Origin: Lama guanicoe
Taxonomy: Eukaryota
Assembly: GCA_013239625.1 (NCBI GenBank)
Contig: MU054212.1
Coordinates: 3,348,001-3,412,000, forward strand
DNA length: 64,000 nt
Reading direction: 5' to 3'
The notes under the pieces are model-generated. The model ran no database searches. It was not told the origin of the DNA and saw nothing but the letters and a program-made list of their open reading frames with translations. Positions 38,073 to 50,415 of this stretch are shown one piece after another. Each line of letters starts with the position of its first letter. Positions within the stretch are counted from its first letter, which is position 1. A program made the position numbers and the translations under genes.

Positions 38073-38109
38073 ATGACTGCATTCTTTTTTTTTTAATGAC
38101 TGCATTCTT
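38073..38109 (-). mobile_element. Apparent poly(A)-only retro-insertion with 14-bp TSD
   Basis: atgactgcattctt (38073-38086) + T-run and one A + atgactgcattctt (38096-38109). Confidence 0.65.
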
Positions 38110-41100
38110 GATGCCTAGTACAAAGTTCAACACATAAGTCTATATTAATTGAATGAATTAATGAAGGAATGAATAAATGAATAAATAGAGCTGTTTGTTG
38201 GTAGCCAAAGTAGAACTAAGAAGTAACAAAATAGACTCTGGGTGTTAATATTCTGCTTCACTTCAGACTGTTTCCTATTGATGTTGCTTTAAAGTTCTGA
38301 ACTGATTTGGGGACATTCTGTTTACTTTGGGCTTAGGAAAGATTTATACCTCTGTTTTTCAGTAAAATTTTTTCTCCCTGAAAACCTTTTTATGTTTCTG
38401 CTCATGTTCCCCTTTTGTACTTAAGGGCTTTATTATTATTATTTTTTGATAGCATTTCTCCTAGTTTGAAGGAAGTTTCCACCTATCAGTGCTGTTTGGT
38501 TTGCGACGTTGTCAAATATTGGCAGTGTGCCAAGCCACTAGGCACCCTGTTTAAAATAAGATCTTGTTGACTGAAAGATAAATCCACACCATCAAGATCA
38601 CTCTCTATTTAGTATAGTCCATGGAGTCATTTTTTTAAACCTTAAAAAAATCAGAATGGCAGTGCTATCTTGCAATGTTCTTATTTTCCATAGTCCTTCC
38701 GCAGTCCTTAGTGCTGTAAGGAAACGATTAAATAATCCAGGTTTCTTCAAGTTCATTTAATAGCTGAAAAAAAACCGAGTGCTCAATTTATGTCAGTGAA
38801 GTTGTTCCCAAAGGGAGAGAATGTTTCAATTGACCATGACTGCGACCCAATGATACACTGTTACTCTGCAGCATCTCAACGAGTCCGTGTTCTGCTGGAC
38901 TGGGTGCAGTGATTCTCTTCCCCCCTGCACTCCATGGGTCTTAGAAGTGTCATGACACTAAATGACAGCATTTTGCTTGTTTTGCTGGCACTTCCTCCAT
39001 GAAGTCAGTACCGTTACTGAGTGAATTTGCAACGTTTCATGAATGCTGTCAAAGATTCTTCATAAAATTGGATTCTTGACAGCAACACAGGAGGAAAGCA
39101 GAAAACCTTACAAAGAGAAGGGATTCCGAAGAAGACATTTATAAATTGACAATGAATTGTCAAATACTAATTATGTTACAGAATATCCTATCGTATGAGG
39201 ATCTGCCTGCCTCCCATGAGGCTGTGATGGAGAAGACGGCCAGTGGGGCAAAAACCTTGAATTCTATCAGCACCCTGGGGGGCGATGTAAGGAGTAAATG
39301 TTATCCTCGGAATTAGAGTAGTTATGAGAACATGAGGCCTGCTTACTATTTTTTTTATTGTTTTGGCCTTAGAATGATGGAGGTGGTAGAATTATTTATT
39401 TCAATTTGCTATAATATTCGGTGGTCACATTTGAGACACAACATGAGATACTCTTTCACTCAGATTCTGAAGGTAGAGTTAATCATTTCAAAAACAGGAC
39501 AGAAGCTGTTCAGTGTAACCAAATATATCCAGGGTTTACAAACGAGCCATACGGAATCCAAACTGAAACTAACACAATACAATTAATTTAAAAAAACATG
39601 TGAAATGCAGAAGCCGTCATTTAATGGTGTCAGCACTGGAGTTAGCATTTTGATCACGTGCTGTCTTAATTACAGTCAGTTTCCAACTGTGAACAGGTTA
39701 TGCATCTAAACTGCATTAGGAAAACAGGTATTTGTAAAACAAGAATGCTTCTTTCCACCAAAAGGATGACTTCTTATCAGATTGCTCAGAAAAACCTGTA
39801 AAATCTAAGTATAACTAAGGAATGATATTAGTAAGTTGCCCAAATATTAGATTCTTTGTGCAGGAGGGCTTTTAGCCGGGAAGGCTTGGAAGGGTTGTAT
39901 TTCCTCTTAATTTCTAGCCTCAAACAAAGTCATAAAAAAATAAAATTTCCCTTTGATATCCTGTAACTCCGTTCTGCCCACCTCCGAGGGTCCTTCTCCT
40001 CTCTCCTCAAGGGACCCAGTAACTTCCAGCTGTTCTGAGCCACATTAAACTTTCCCTCAAGTGCTTCTACCAAAACTCATATTTCTTCAATAAGAAAAGA
40101 CATTAGAGAAGAAAGCACTCTGTTTAAACTAATTCACAATGAAGTGTGAATGACTGAAAGCCAATATACACTTCGTGTAGACAAAGAAAACTTACTGAAA
40201 CTCCATAGTTGGTCTGGAACTGTGTTAGGTTTATTAGCGCTATTATTTTATTTATGTCCTTACAAAAATTTATTACAGAGGACCCTGGAGTTCAGATTAC
40301 TTAAACAACTTGTTCATGGAGCATAGCAGGTGACTATAGAGCCATGACTCAAGACACCAAGAATGTTAATTTTTTGTTTCTGGAGATACTTACTGGGGCC
40401 AATTAATTAATGTTGTTTCAGGTCCAGGCACTGGGAGAAAGGAGATGCTGGTAAACAAAAAAAAGTCAAAAATTACAAGGAGAAATAAAGTGGAGCAGAT
40501 GGGCTGGACCACCTTCCCCAAGTTAAATTCGTTTTGTACATTTTGTTTCCTGTTTTATTTTCCTCCACCTTCTACACACAACGATACTTTACAATGCATT
40601 AATCTGAAAGTTCCAAATTGTTTATAGCTCGGACTTGATTCTTCACCTTTCTTTTCAAATTTATTGGGATTTCTGAGTAGCAACAAGGTCACATTTTGGT
40701 ATTTTCATGTCTTCTTATCTGCTGATGGGTTTTTTAAAAAACACTTTTCATTGATGGGAGTCTGGAAAGTCTTATAGACAGTGGAGAAGGGGAAACATTA
40801 AGAGCAGGAGCTGCGGCATCCTGTAGGGTGACTCTGAGGTGCACGTGGTGGGACTGGAAGGTGCGGGGAGGGAGGAAGAGGAAGAAAGCTGGGAAACCTG
40901 TGGCCTTGTACAGACTAGCTTTTTAAAAATTGGAGTTCTCTCTACCACTGTGATTATATGTGCTACACTCATGTTTGGTTTCACAGGCCCATGAGGGGGT
41001 CCACAGAAAAAGTATCTGTCATCTGGCAGGAGAATCTGGACAATCTAGAAAAATCTGTAAAATCACTACTGCTGAAAAATACCTTCCTCAAAATAAATTG

Positions 41101-42058
41101 GCCTTAGAAATAGGGAATCTCTGTGTTGACCTTGACTGTTATCTTCCATTGTGCAATACCTCACCAATCTAATTACATATAATGCTAAAAATATTCACCA
41201 AATAATACATGGTAAACAAAACAAGACAGAACACCACCACCAACAGAAGAGCAAAATACCCTTCTCGCTAAAGAAGTTGTATCTCTTGGTGGCATTTCAA
41301 TTAAAACAAAAGGCACCCAAGGCACAATGATAATGCTTAGTGGTCTTTCTGTTTTTAAATGCACAGATAAAACACAAAATTCCACTAGAGCAAAAGTGTA
41401 TTAGAATTCTCTTTCGATGGAATGAATACATTCACCAACACCAAAATACCTGTGTAGCCTAGAGCTAATTTCCATAGAACTTATTTTTTAAAGCTTATAA
41501 TTCCTTTGACTTTCACTCAACTGCCAGGGGATTTACGTACAATGTAGGGGATTTATGTGCAATGTATCTTGCTTTCAAGTTCTTATTAAAATAATTAAGG
41601 AAAATAGATTATAAAGTCAGATGTTGACACAATTTACTGCTGCTCATTTACTTTTATTTTCCATTGCAAGTGGCCTTTAAAAGCCATTTCCCATATTATC
41701 CTCCCCCTACTCGTCAAAATGGAAGCTCATGCTGAATGTCAAGCTCCCTTTCCTCCCTAGAGAAGCAGAGAGTATATGAGTCCTCTTAGAGGAATTCAGA
41801 AACGCCCTCTTGCCTAAAGACAGATCATCCGATACTGAGGAATGGGGCTTGCAACATTTAATGAGTATCTCCAACACTAACCTTGTGTGAACTGACATAC
41901 GATGCTAGCCCATGGTCTTTTACACACCTTGGAACCCCTCCAGCAGGAAAAGGAGCCGTCCATCTAAGAGGAAGATTATAAATATCTTCAGTGCCTTTTA
42001 ACCTCAAAGATAGACAGGTGTACTGGTTAGGAACGTGCTCTTTAAAGTCATGAACCTG

Positions 42059-42204
42059 GGGTGGGGAGGGTACAGCTCAGTGGTAGGGTGCATGCTTTGC
42101 ATGCATGAAGTCTTGGGTTCACTTCCCAGTACCTCCATTAAACAATAAATAAATAAACCTAATTACCCTCCCTTCCCCCCCAAAAGAAACAGACAAAAAA
42201 AAAA
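42059..42204 (+). mobile_element. Vic-1-like camelid tRNA-derived SINE inserted in a MIR
   Basis: A box in 'ggggagggtacagctcagtggtag', B box 'gggttcacttccc', (aaat)n, 'aaacctaattacc' and an A tail. TSD aaagtcatgaacctg (42044-42058) / aaagtcaaaaacctg (42205-42219). Confidence 0.85.
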
Positions 42205-45200
42205 AAAGTCAAAAACCTGAATTCAAATGGTGGCCCTGCCACTTTTAGGGTGTAACTCTGAACAACTCACACTTCTTGGAGCTCTTTCCTCATCTGTAAA
42301 ATGGGATTAATGATATTTTAGTTTTTACCCTGAGGATTAACTGATGCTAAGAATGAAAAAAACTAAGTTAAATACTTGCAGGTAACAGACATTAAATAAA
42401 TGATTGTTTCTGTCCTAGGAAGCAGAGCCTAAGTTGGAAGTTCTTGGTCAAGAGGTTTGTTGGCTGAGTGCTCTCAGTAGGAGAGTGAGAAAATCAGGAC
42501 AGTGCATCATCTGTCATCACACTGGATGTGGCCCCACATCACTGTCGGGCACTGTGGTTCTCTGATCCAGAAGCTACCACTGCATGCTGAGTTTGTGGCT
42601 CCTGCCAGGAAACATTTGGTTTGACTCATGATGGAGGATGCACTGCAGAAGTTGTGAACCCTTCTTGCTCCTGGCAGATAGCATGCATTGGTTTTGTGAT
42701 TTCCCTCACCCCCTTGGGGCTCCCAGTGATGCCGCAATGGTTCCGATGGTTTTTTAGGTTATGGAGTTGTGGTCCATCATGCCTTTGGGCCCCTGGAACT
42801 AATCTGAGTCATGCTTTTTGCTTTCTAGACTTTCGCAATATGACAATGATGTTTGTTTCTTCACAAATACCACCAAGCAACGAGCCATTGGTGGAGGTAT
42901 CCTATGGACATTCCATGCCCCCTCCTACCTGTGGACTTGGGGTATTGTTGGCTGTTGGAAGGACTTCTTACTTTGTCACCCTCACCACCTCCTGGTCCCC
43001 AAACTTAGTAAGAACCTGAGCGGAGGAGTCTGTCCCCAGAAAAAGCCCATCTCATCTTGGCTGCTTCCTGGGCAACGATCAGGAAGAGAATTCTAGGTGT
43101 GAAAAGGGGGCAATTAGAGAAGAGGTAACGTTATCGGTGTTGGGGTTGGATGTTCTCATTTTGTGATGGTAAAGGAAGCGCGAACCCCCCTGGCATCCAG
43201 GGAGAGACCACCTCAGCCCCCAGGAGGTGTGGAGGGCAGGGGGCGATAAATCCTTTGTCCTCCAGATCAGAGCGCTGCGGCCGGGGCAGCGTCACTACAG
43301 TCGGCATCACTGTAAGAAGCACATGAGGGATGAAATCCGAAGTGATGCCGTCGCCTTTGGAGCATACCATCTGCCGGTTTATTGCGATGGTATTTTATTA
43401 TCACATCTACTGAAATAGGCTTTAATAATTCCCCCATATCCAGCTACAAGGAATCCACCTGTTTCAAATCTAACTGTTTAGATATTGTTGTGCTATTTAT
43501 TCACATCTCTTAAATTGCTTCATGACTGCAATCTGCCCTGGTGTTGTGTGAGTGAAATATTTTCACTATTAAATTCCACCCCTTGGTGTGTATATATGAA
43601 AAGAATTTTGTTTTGTTCTTGGCTAAATACCCAGCATCTAGAACACTGCAGGTTGTACACTAAGAACTCAGTAAATATTTGTTGAATGAATAAAAAGGGC
43701 TCAGGTTAGCTTTCCCTAAGCAGTCAGCACGTAAAATCCATAATCTGAGAGGCAAAAGTGAGGGTGGCTGACGAACGCCTTTAATGGGTCCAAAAAAAAG
43801 ACTGAGAATCAAGTAAGAAATTATCAAAGTTCAAGCAGAATGAGCATTGCTCTCAAGTTTGAGAACATTAAACTCTGCAGAAAAGGTTCGGCCTCACCTG
43901 GGACTGTTTTATTAGCCTCCCCACATGTGCAGTGGTTTTATTTCTCTGGTCTTGGCATTTGTGAAACGCTGCTTGGCACCTAACTATGATCCATTCCCAT
44001 CCTCTCACTGGCACTTTAAGTAAATGCAAAAGGGCTGTCATCCATACGATCGTATGTAATTATCCTACAAATCCTATAGAGGGAAACCGATGGTTTCATT
44101 TTAGATGATTTCCTTATGCCAGATCACCAGGTTGTAAGTAGCAGAGATTTGATTCAAGTCAGTTTTATTGTTTTTTGTTTGTTTGTTTCTCCTTTAGCTC
44201 CATTGCCTTGACCGATATTCCAACTACCTACTCAGACACAGCAGTTTTGATGGACAGAGACAAAACGCATTTTCAGCCTGTGTTTACCCGGTGGTGAAGG
44301 TGTTTACCCATTGGTGAAACAGGCACCTGTCCACGCAGAGTGATCTTCGTTGCATTCGGATGGTTATCCTAATGAAGGGTATCTCTCCCACTGGACTGCT
44401 GATAATAATAACAGTTTTAAGTTTAATTTTAGTAGTAGCTAATATTTATTTGAATTTTACTAAGCTGTATGCTAAGCTGTTTCCTAAATGTTTATTTTTT
44501 TTAACATACCTTTTGCTAATATGGAAAAATGTCGTATCTTTCATCCAATAATTAGTGGCAAAGTTCAAAGTGCAAGTATCTCTTGCAAAAGAAAGCAACA
44601 AATTCAGTGTCATGTTAAATCTTTCTTGTTAATCTGTTTTATAAAAATCCTTGAGATCCCAGGTCAAATTTTTCCTCTTCTTCACCAAATTCAGCGTGCT
44701 TGTGAGGACTTCCTTTTTCTGAGCAGATAGCTTTTACAGTCTGTCTCATTTATTTGATATTTACTGTATTATTGTCTTGTATATGGGTATTCGTTACAGA
44801 GAATTTTCTATTAAAAACAACATATTTTTTGCCTCTTTTTCACCTAATGTGAATAACAAGACGGTTTTTATATTTATTTGTCTGAAAATAATGTTCTTTG
44901 TTCTCGTTTCCATCTACGAGGCAACTTACACAAAATATAAACAATAAAATAAAAATAAAATCAACAACAGACAAATACAAATCACAATAGAAAGCAGGAA
45001 ATTGTGCAGAGAAAGTAAACTGCAAAGGAAGCAAGTCCCGGTGGCTCTAATTATCCTGAAGATCAAAGGAAAGGGAAATTCACCCATTCACCTGATTTTC
45101 ACTGAAAAAAGCACAGCAGCTTTTTTAGGGGGAGCAAATCGCAAATTACTTCCTGGCACTGAACTTCACATTGCTGTCACAGAAGTGTCTTATGAGGACC

Positions 45201-45742
45201 GTGGACAAAGTAATGAGCAGGATTTTCAACAACAGACCTCAGTACACCCAGTAGAGATTTTAAAATGTTTTTTTCTTAAAGGTTCCTTATACATCCCTTA
45301 ATTAACCAGACTTCATAACACTAAAATACTAGTCAGTTAAACACATCATTAAAAGACTCAGTCCTGCTGGTTCAATGTCCACAAAATGTATGAGAGTCTT
45401 TGCTGATGTTTTTAAAGCAATGAGACGCTGATAAAAGCGGTTAGCTGAGAAAAATTCATGTCTTGCCTGTGGCCCTGGCTTTGCCATCTAGATGTCTATT
45501 CCTTTCACCAGAGACCTGAGGGATTTGGTAAAACCAACAAATGAAGTGTTTGTTTTTTAAATGAAGTGATTGAAATTATTTGCATTTTCAGTTCCAAAAC
45601 CACATTGGCTCTTATTCCTTTCAAAACACAGCTTATCTTTGGGAAGAAATCTTGATGAATCAACTCACTTGACTGAAAAACAAACAAACAAACAAAACCC
45701 CTGAAGAAACACAGTTTTTCTTAAATAAAGCAATGAACCTTT

Positions 45743-45744
45743 GT

Positions 45745-45779
<35 letters not shown>
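45743..45779. repeat. (TG)n microsatellite
   Basis: Directly visible. Confidence 0.95.
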
Positions 45780-45780
<1 letters not shown>

Positions 45781-45784
45781 TAAA

Positions 45785-46800
45785 CTTGTTTTTTGAAATA
45801 GAGCAAGTTTACCACACACGAGTTTCAAGTTATTGAAACAGAAAAGTGCACACCTTCTGCGTGCTCATTAGAACTGTCACAAAGTGAACGTAACTGTGTA
45901 ACCACAACCCAATCAAGCAACAGAATATTCTCGGTCTCCCCAAAGCCCCCTTCACTGTCACCAGTCCCTCTCTACCCAGAGACAACCACCATCTTGACTT
46001 TCAACACTGCAGCTCGGTTTTGCCTGTACGGCTTGCACACTTCTGCATCTGGCTTCTTTTGCTCAGTATTGTATTCATGATCCCCATATCCAAGCTGGTG
46101 TTGTGGTGTGTCGCAGTGATGTATTAATTTGATTTCTGAACAGTATTCCATTGTATAAATACATCACACTTTATTTTACCCAACTGAAGTACCAACGAAC
46201 AAGTGGGGTTTTCTAGCTGGGGCTATCGTAAATAACACAACCTTTAACATTCTTGTGCAAGTCTTTTAAGGCCCACGTAGGAGAGAGATCACTGGGTCAT
46301 CGGAGACGTATGTTCAGTTTTGACAGACACTGCCAGCTTCCCAAAGTGACTGGAGCCATTTGCACTGCATTATCCTGATCCTTACCAGCAGGGTCAGTCT
46401 TTCAACTTGAGTCATTCTGCTCTTTCTGCAACGGCATCTGACTGTGTCTTTAATTTGCATTTCTGTAGTGACTAATGAGCATGACCCCAGTCACATGCTT
46501 ACTGACCATCTGGATATTCTCTTTTGTGAAGTCTTTTGCCAGTTTTTCTATTAGCTTGTGTACGTCTTTTTCCGAAATGGCGTTAAAATTTTCTAATATG
46601 TTCTGGATGTGAGTCCTACTTTTTCTGTCTCTCAATTGTCTTTATGAATGGAAGTTTTTAACTTTAATAAAGCCTCGTACAATCAGTCTCTGCCTTTAAG
46701 TTAGTGCTTCTGAGTCTTTTCCTCCTCCAAGACCTAAAAATACTCTTCCCTGTTTTTCTCTAGAAGCCTTAAAGTTTTACCTCTCACGTTTGAATCCACA
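45785..46800 (-). mobile_element. Old L1 (L1MC/ME-like) 3' end
   Basis: 'cagtattccattgtataaatacatcac', 'ttaatttgcatttctgtagtgactaatgag', 'tggatattctcttttgtgaag'. Confidence 0.75.
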
Positions 46801-48283
46801 CAGAATCTTGTCATCACAACTGTAATGAAATAGTAAACATAATGATAAGATTAATAGCAGCTTCCACTTGTGTGCTGGGTAGGAGGCAGTCTGGAATTTT
46901 AATCCTCAAAGTTACACAACAAAGTAGGTATTATTTATATTTTAAAGATAAGGAAACTGAAACTCTGGGTGATTAAGTGTCTGTTGTCCTCCTGATAATA
47001 AAAGATGGAGAGAAAATTCAAATCCGTGTCAGTCTCATTCCACAGACCACACATTTATTATTTTACCAGGTCTCTTTAAAGAGGTTCCTATCTGTGGATT
47101 ACGTGCAAGTGACAGCCTTGGAAGCTATATAAATATCCTCAGTGTAAAGACTCCAATTCCTGGAGAAAGAAATCAAGTGACTAAAATAAAACTAAAAAGC
47201 AACACTTAGTGGAAAGTCTAAAGCAGCCCATCAATAAAGTATAAAAGTATGAAAAGATGAAAATAACGCACTGAGAAGTTAGAAGAGAAGATACTGGATC
47301 AAAAAGGATTGGCCACAATAGAGGCTGACAAATGAAATCATTAATGTACGGCTTCAATCTGCAAAGCATTGTTGAGAAGCAGGCAAAAAAGGGAACGAGC
47401 AGGGAAAACTGATGAGAGTCAAGGACTAAATAGGGCTGAGTGCTATCACCTCATAGGTTCGGGTTCTAAGTTCCCATTCAAGGGGCTTCTTGTTTCCTCG
47501 TTACTGTTTTGTTTTCACTCGGGTAAGCCCTCATCCAGATAGGGAAGATGGCGTTTTTGTTACACTGGCTATTGTCAACTTGATAAGACGGAAAGCTTGT
47601 GTGTTACCCCACTGGTTAAATTAGAATATCGCTTTTGATTATTTTTTAAAGCAGGCCTCTATTTAAATGGTAAACATCAGTGAAAGAAGTAGCTCCCCAT
47701 AAAAGAAATAAAAATATAAATATACTATAATTTAGTATCTCTCTTACGCATTTTCCCTAATATCTCTCTTACTAAGCATGAAGATTCCTCGCCTTGGAGT
47801 GGCCAAGGAGTAACGTGTGATGATCTTTTTGAATCAGAACAAGTATCCCATGTGACCAGCTACCTGTCCTCCCACTCATTTATTTTCCTCTTATCAGACC
47901 CCTCGGCCCTGGGTATCTTTATGTTGTTATTGCTGCAAGAATAGCATTTTTCATTAAGCGTTTCTTAGCACCACTGCAATGTACAAAACCGTCAAAGTTG
48001 GAGACGACACTCCCTGGTACGGACTAATCTTTAAAACGATGCTTGTAAAGAACTGACTAAAGTTGTAAGGCAGAGAATTAAAGTTCTTTCACCTCAGCTT
48101 TCGTGCTACTTATCTGATTTGATGACAACAGACCTACAGAGGATGCTGGCATAGTTAAGACACTTAAAAGTGTTCTAAATTTGGAATAAACTGTTATAAA
48201 TTTCTTACCAATGTAAAAAGGTCACACAACTGCTCAAAAGACTTAAGCAATATCACACCTCGCTCCAGGACTCTCTTTGAAGG

Positions 48284-50414
48284 AAATTTTATTAGAACTG
48301 AATACGCCGTGTGAGGGTCACGTGTGCTGGTGCAGTGGGATCGAGTCCTAGGAAGATACTTGATCTGAGGGACCAGCGTTTTCAAGTTGCTGCTTCTCTT
48401 CTCAGCCTCTAACACTGTGCACTCACCAGGAGATAATCTAAAGAGACATTCTTTGTTCCCCACAACTGGTTCCTCGATCAAGGAGATGAACAGGTCCCTG
48501 TGGGAGAACGGAAAGGCTGCAGTGTTTCTCAGAGACGGACAGGTGGGCAGGGAGAGCTTACTAAGAAACCAGGCAGGAGTGATGGGGCACATGAAAATTC
48601 AAAATAGAGGTACAGGGTGAGAGGGAGAGAGATGGTGCTTGATTTTGTGTGTGTGTGTTTGCTTGTTTTTTTTAATAATAAAAAAAATCACAACACAGGG
48701 GAAAACGATCTAACTTTAGCAAGCTCCTACAGCCTGGACGTCTCCAGCCACCTGGGAAAGCCTGGGGGCTCTGGTCACCGTCCTGAAGTGGCCATCTACC
48801 ATTTCGATTACAAGCAGGAGATGGCATGTATAGAATATGGATAATTCCCCTAACAAAACAACATGCTTGATGATGACAGTGAATTGTTATTCATTCAATT
48901 AGCAAATGTTTACTGACTGCTGTTTATGTGACAGGCGTATTCAAAATCTGGACACACATCTCTGAAGATACACAATTCCTGATTTCAAGGACCTCACAGC
49001 TAGGAAAAGGTGTGTCCAAGTGGGCAGATCACTGCAGTTCAGTTGCGTCTGTGGAATAAGGACCATGGTGCTATTTGAGTGGGGAGGAAAGATACCACAT
49101 TTTTCTACTAGGATAGGGGCAGGCTTCTTGGAAGAGGAGATGCCTGAACTAACTTTAAAACTCAAGTAGTAGGATTTTACCAGATGGACCAAAATGAAAG
49201 AATAATTTGAGATAGAAGTAACATTTTGAGCAAAGCAGCTAAACATCAGATTCTGTGTAGCTCTCTACACATGAACCCATCCTTGGGCAGCGAGGAGCCT
49301 TTAAAGGATGTTGGTATTGGCATATTCTGAGATTTGCGTATTAGAGTTTTAGCAGCTTGTTGAGGTTATTCTGGACATGACAACACCGAGAGAAGAAACG
49401 GTAATAAAAATAAAAGCTGGAGTTTGTTGTTTACCGCGGGTAAGACACTCTTTGAAGCACTAACATGCAATATTTAATCTTTACAGCGGCCATGTGAGGT
49501 GATCTTATTATTGACTCTGTCTTAGAGGAGGACATGAGGGCACTGAGAAGGGAAGTAACTTGTAGGTGGTGTAGCTTGAAAACAGCAGAAACAGGATGTA
49601 AACCCAGGCAGTCTGGGTGCAGAATCTGTGTGATTAAATACAACACTTAGAAAGAGGCTGTTGCCACACTGATGAAAAGTACTTGAACGTTAAGTAAAAG
49701 CATTTGAGAAAAAACTAGGAAAGGTAAGGCAGAGTTTAAATAATATTTAGGGAATAAAATCAGTAGGACTTGCTAATAGGACATTGGGAGTTGAGTATGA
49801 TACGAATCTGGGACGATTCTTTGACTTTAGGTTGAATCATTTCTCCTTTATATATCTGAGCAGAGACTTTAATCCAGATACCATGTTAAGGGGTTGGACT
49901 ATAGTATTTAATGAAAAAAGATATGATTTTTGCCCTCAATTTTATAACTCTGCTTGGAAAAGTTTTTAATTAATTGAATCATCATCCTATTCAATGTAAA
50001 CTGCTATTGAAAAGAAGAAAAACTTTTTTTCCTTTTTTTTTTTTAAATAAATGAGACTGTAAGGATTTTGAGCTAAGCTAGAGTTCAGAGAAGATGTCAC
50101 TGAGGAAATAATGTTGGAGCTGAGACCTGAGGGCTGGACGGGTAGAAGTTTCAATTAGAGCAGGGCTGGTGGTGAGTGACAGTGTACCATGCAGCATGAG
50201 AGACTTGAAGAGAGACACGTGCGGGAGGGGTGACAAGCGGATACGGAGGTACCAGAGGTGTCCAGAGTTTGCTGGACAGTGGGAAACACTGCTCTGCTGT
50301 TGGGAAAAGCCATCTGGACGAAACCTGAGGTCATTTCCAGGTCCCAGAGGGCACGGGAGGGGTATGGCTGGATGATGTGTGTAGGTGAGATTGCCCGGGG
50401 AGGGTGTGAGAAGC
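48284..50414 (+). repeat. Tandem duplication copy 1 (~2131 bp; contains L2 and MIR fragments)
   Basis: Repeats at offset +2132/+2133. ORF pairs confirm it (48387/50519, 49784/51916, 50078/52211). Confidence 0.97.
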
Positions 50415-50415
50415 A

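Noticed and set aside
44280..44319. Short 20-bp tandem duplication (similar 19-bp one at ~21879-21916); CRISPR-like periodicity considered
   Set aside because: Only two units with no spacers, in eukaryotic DNA; ordinary slippage.
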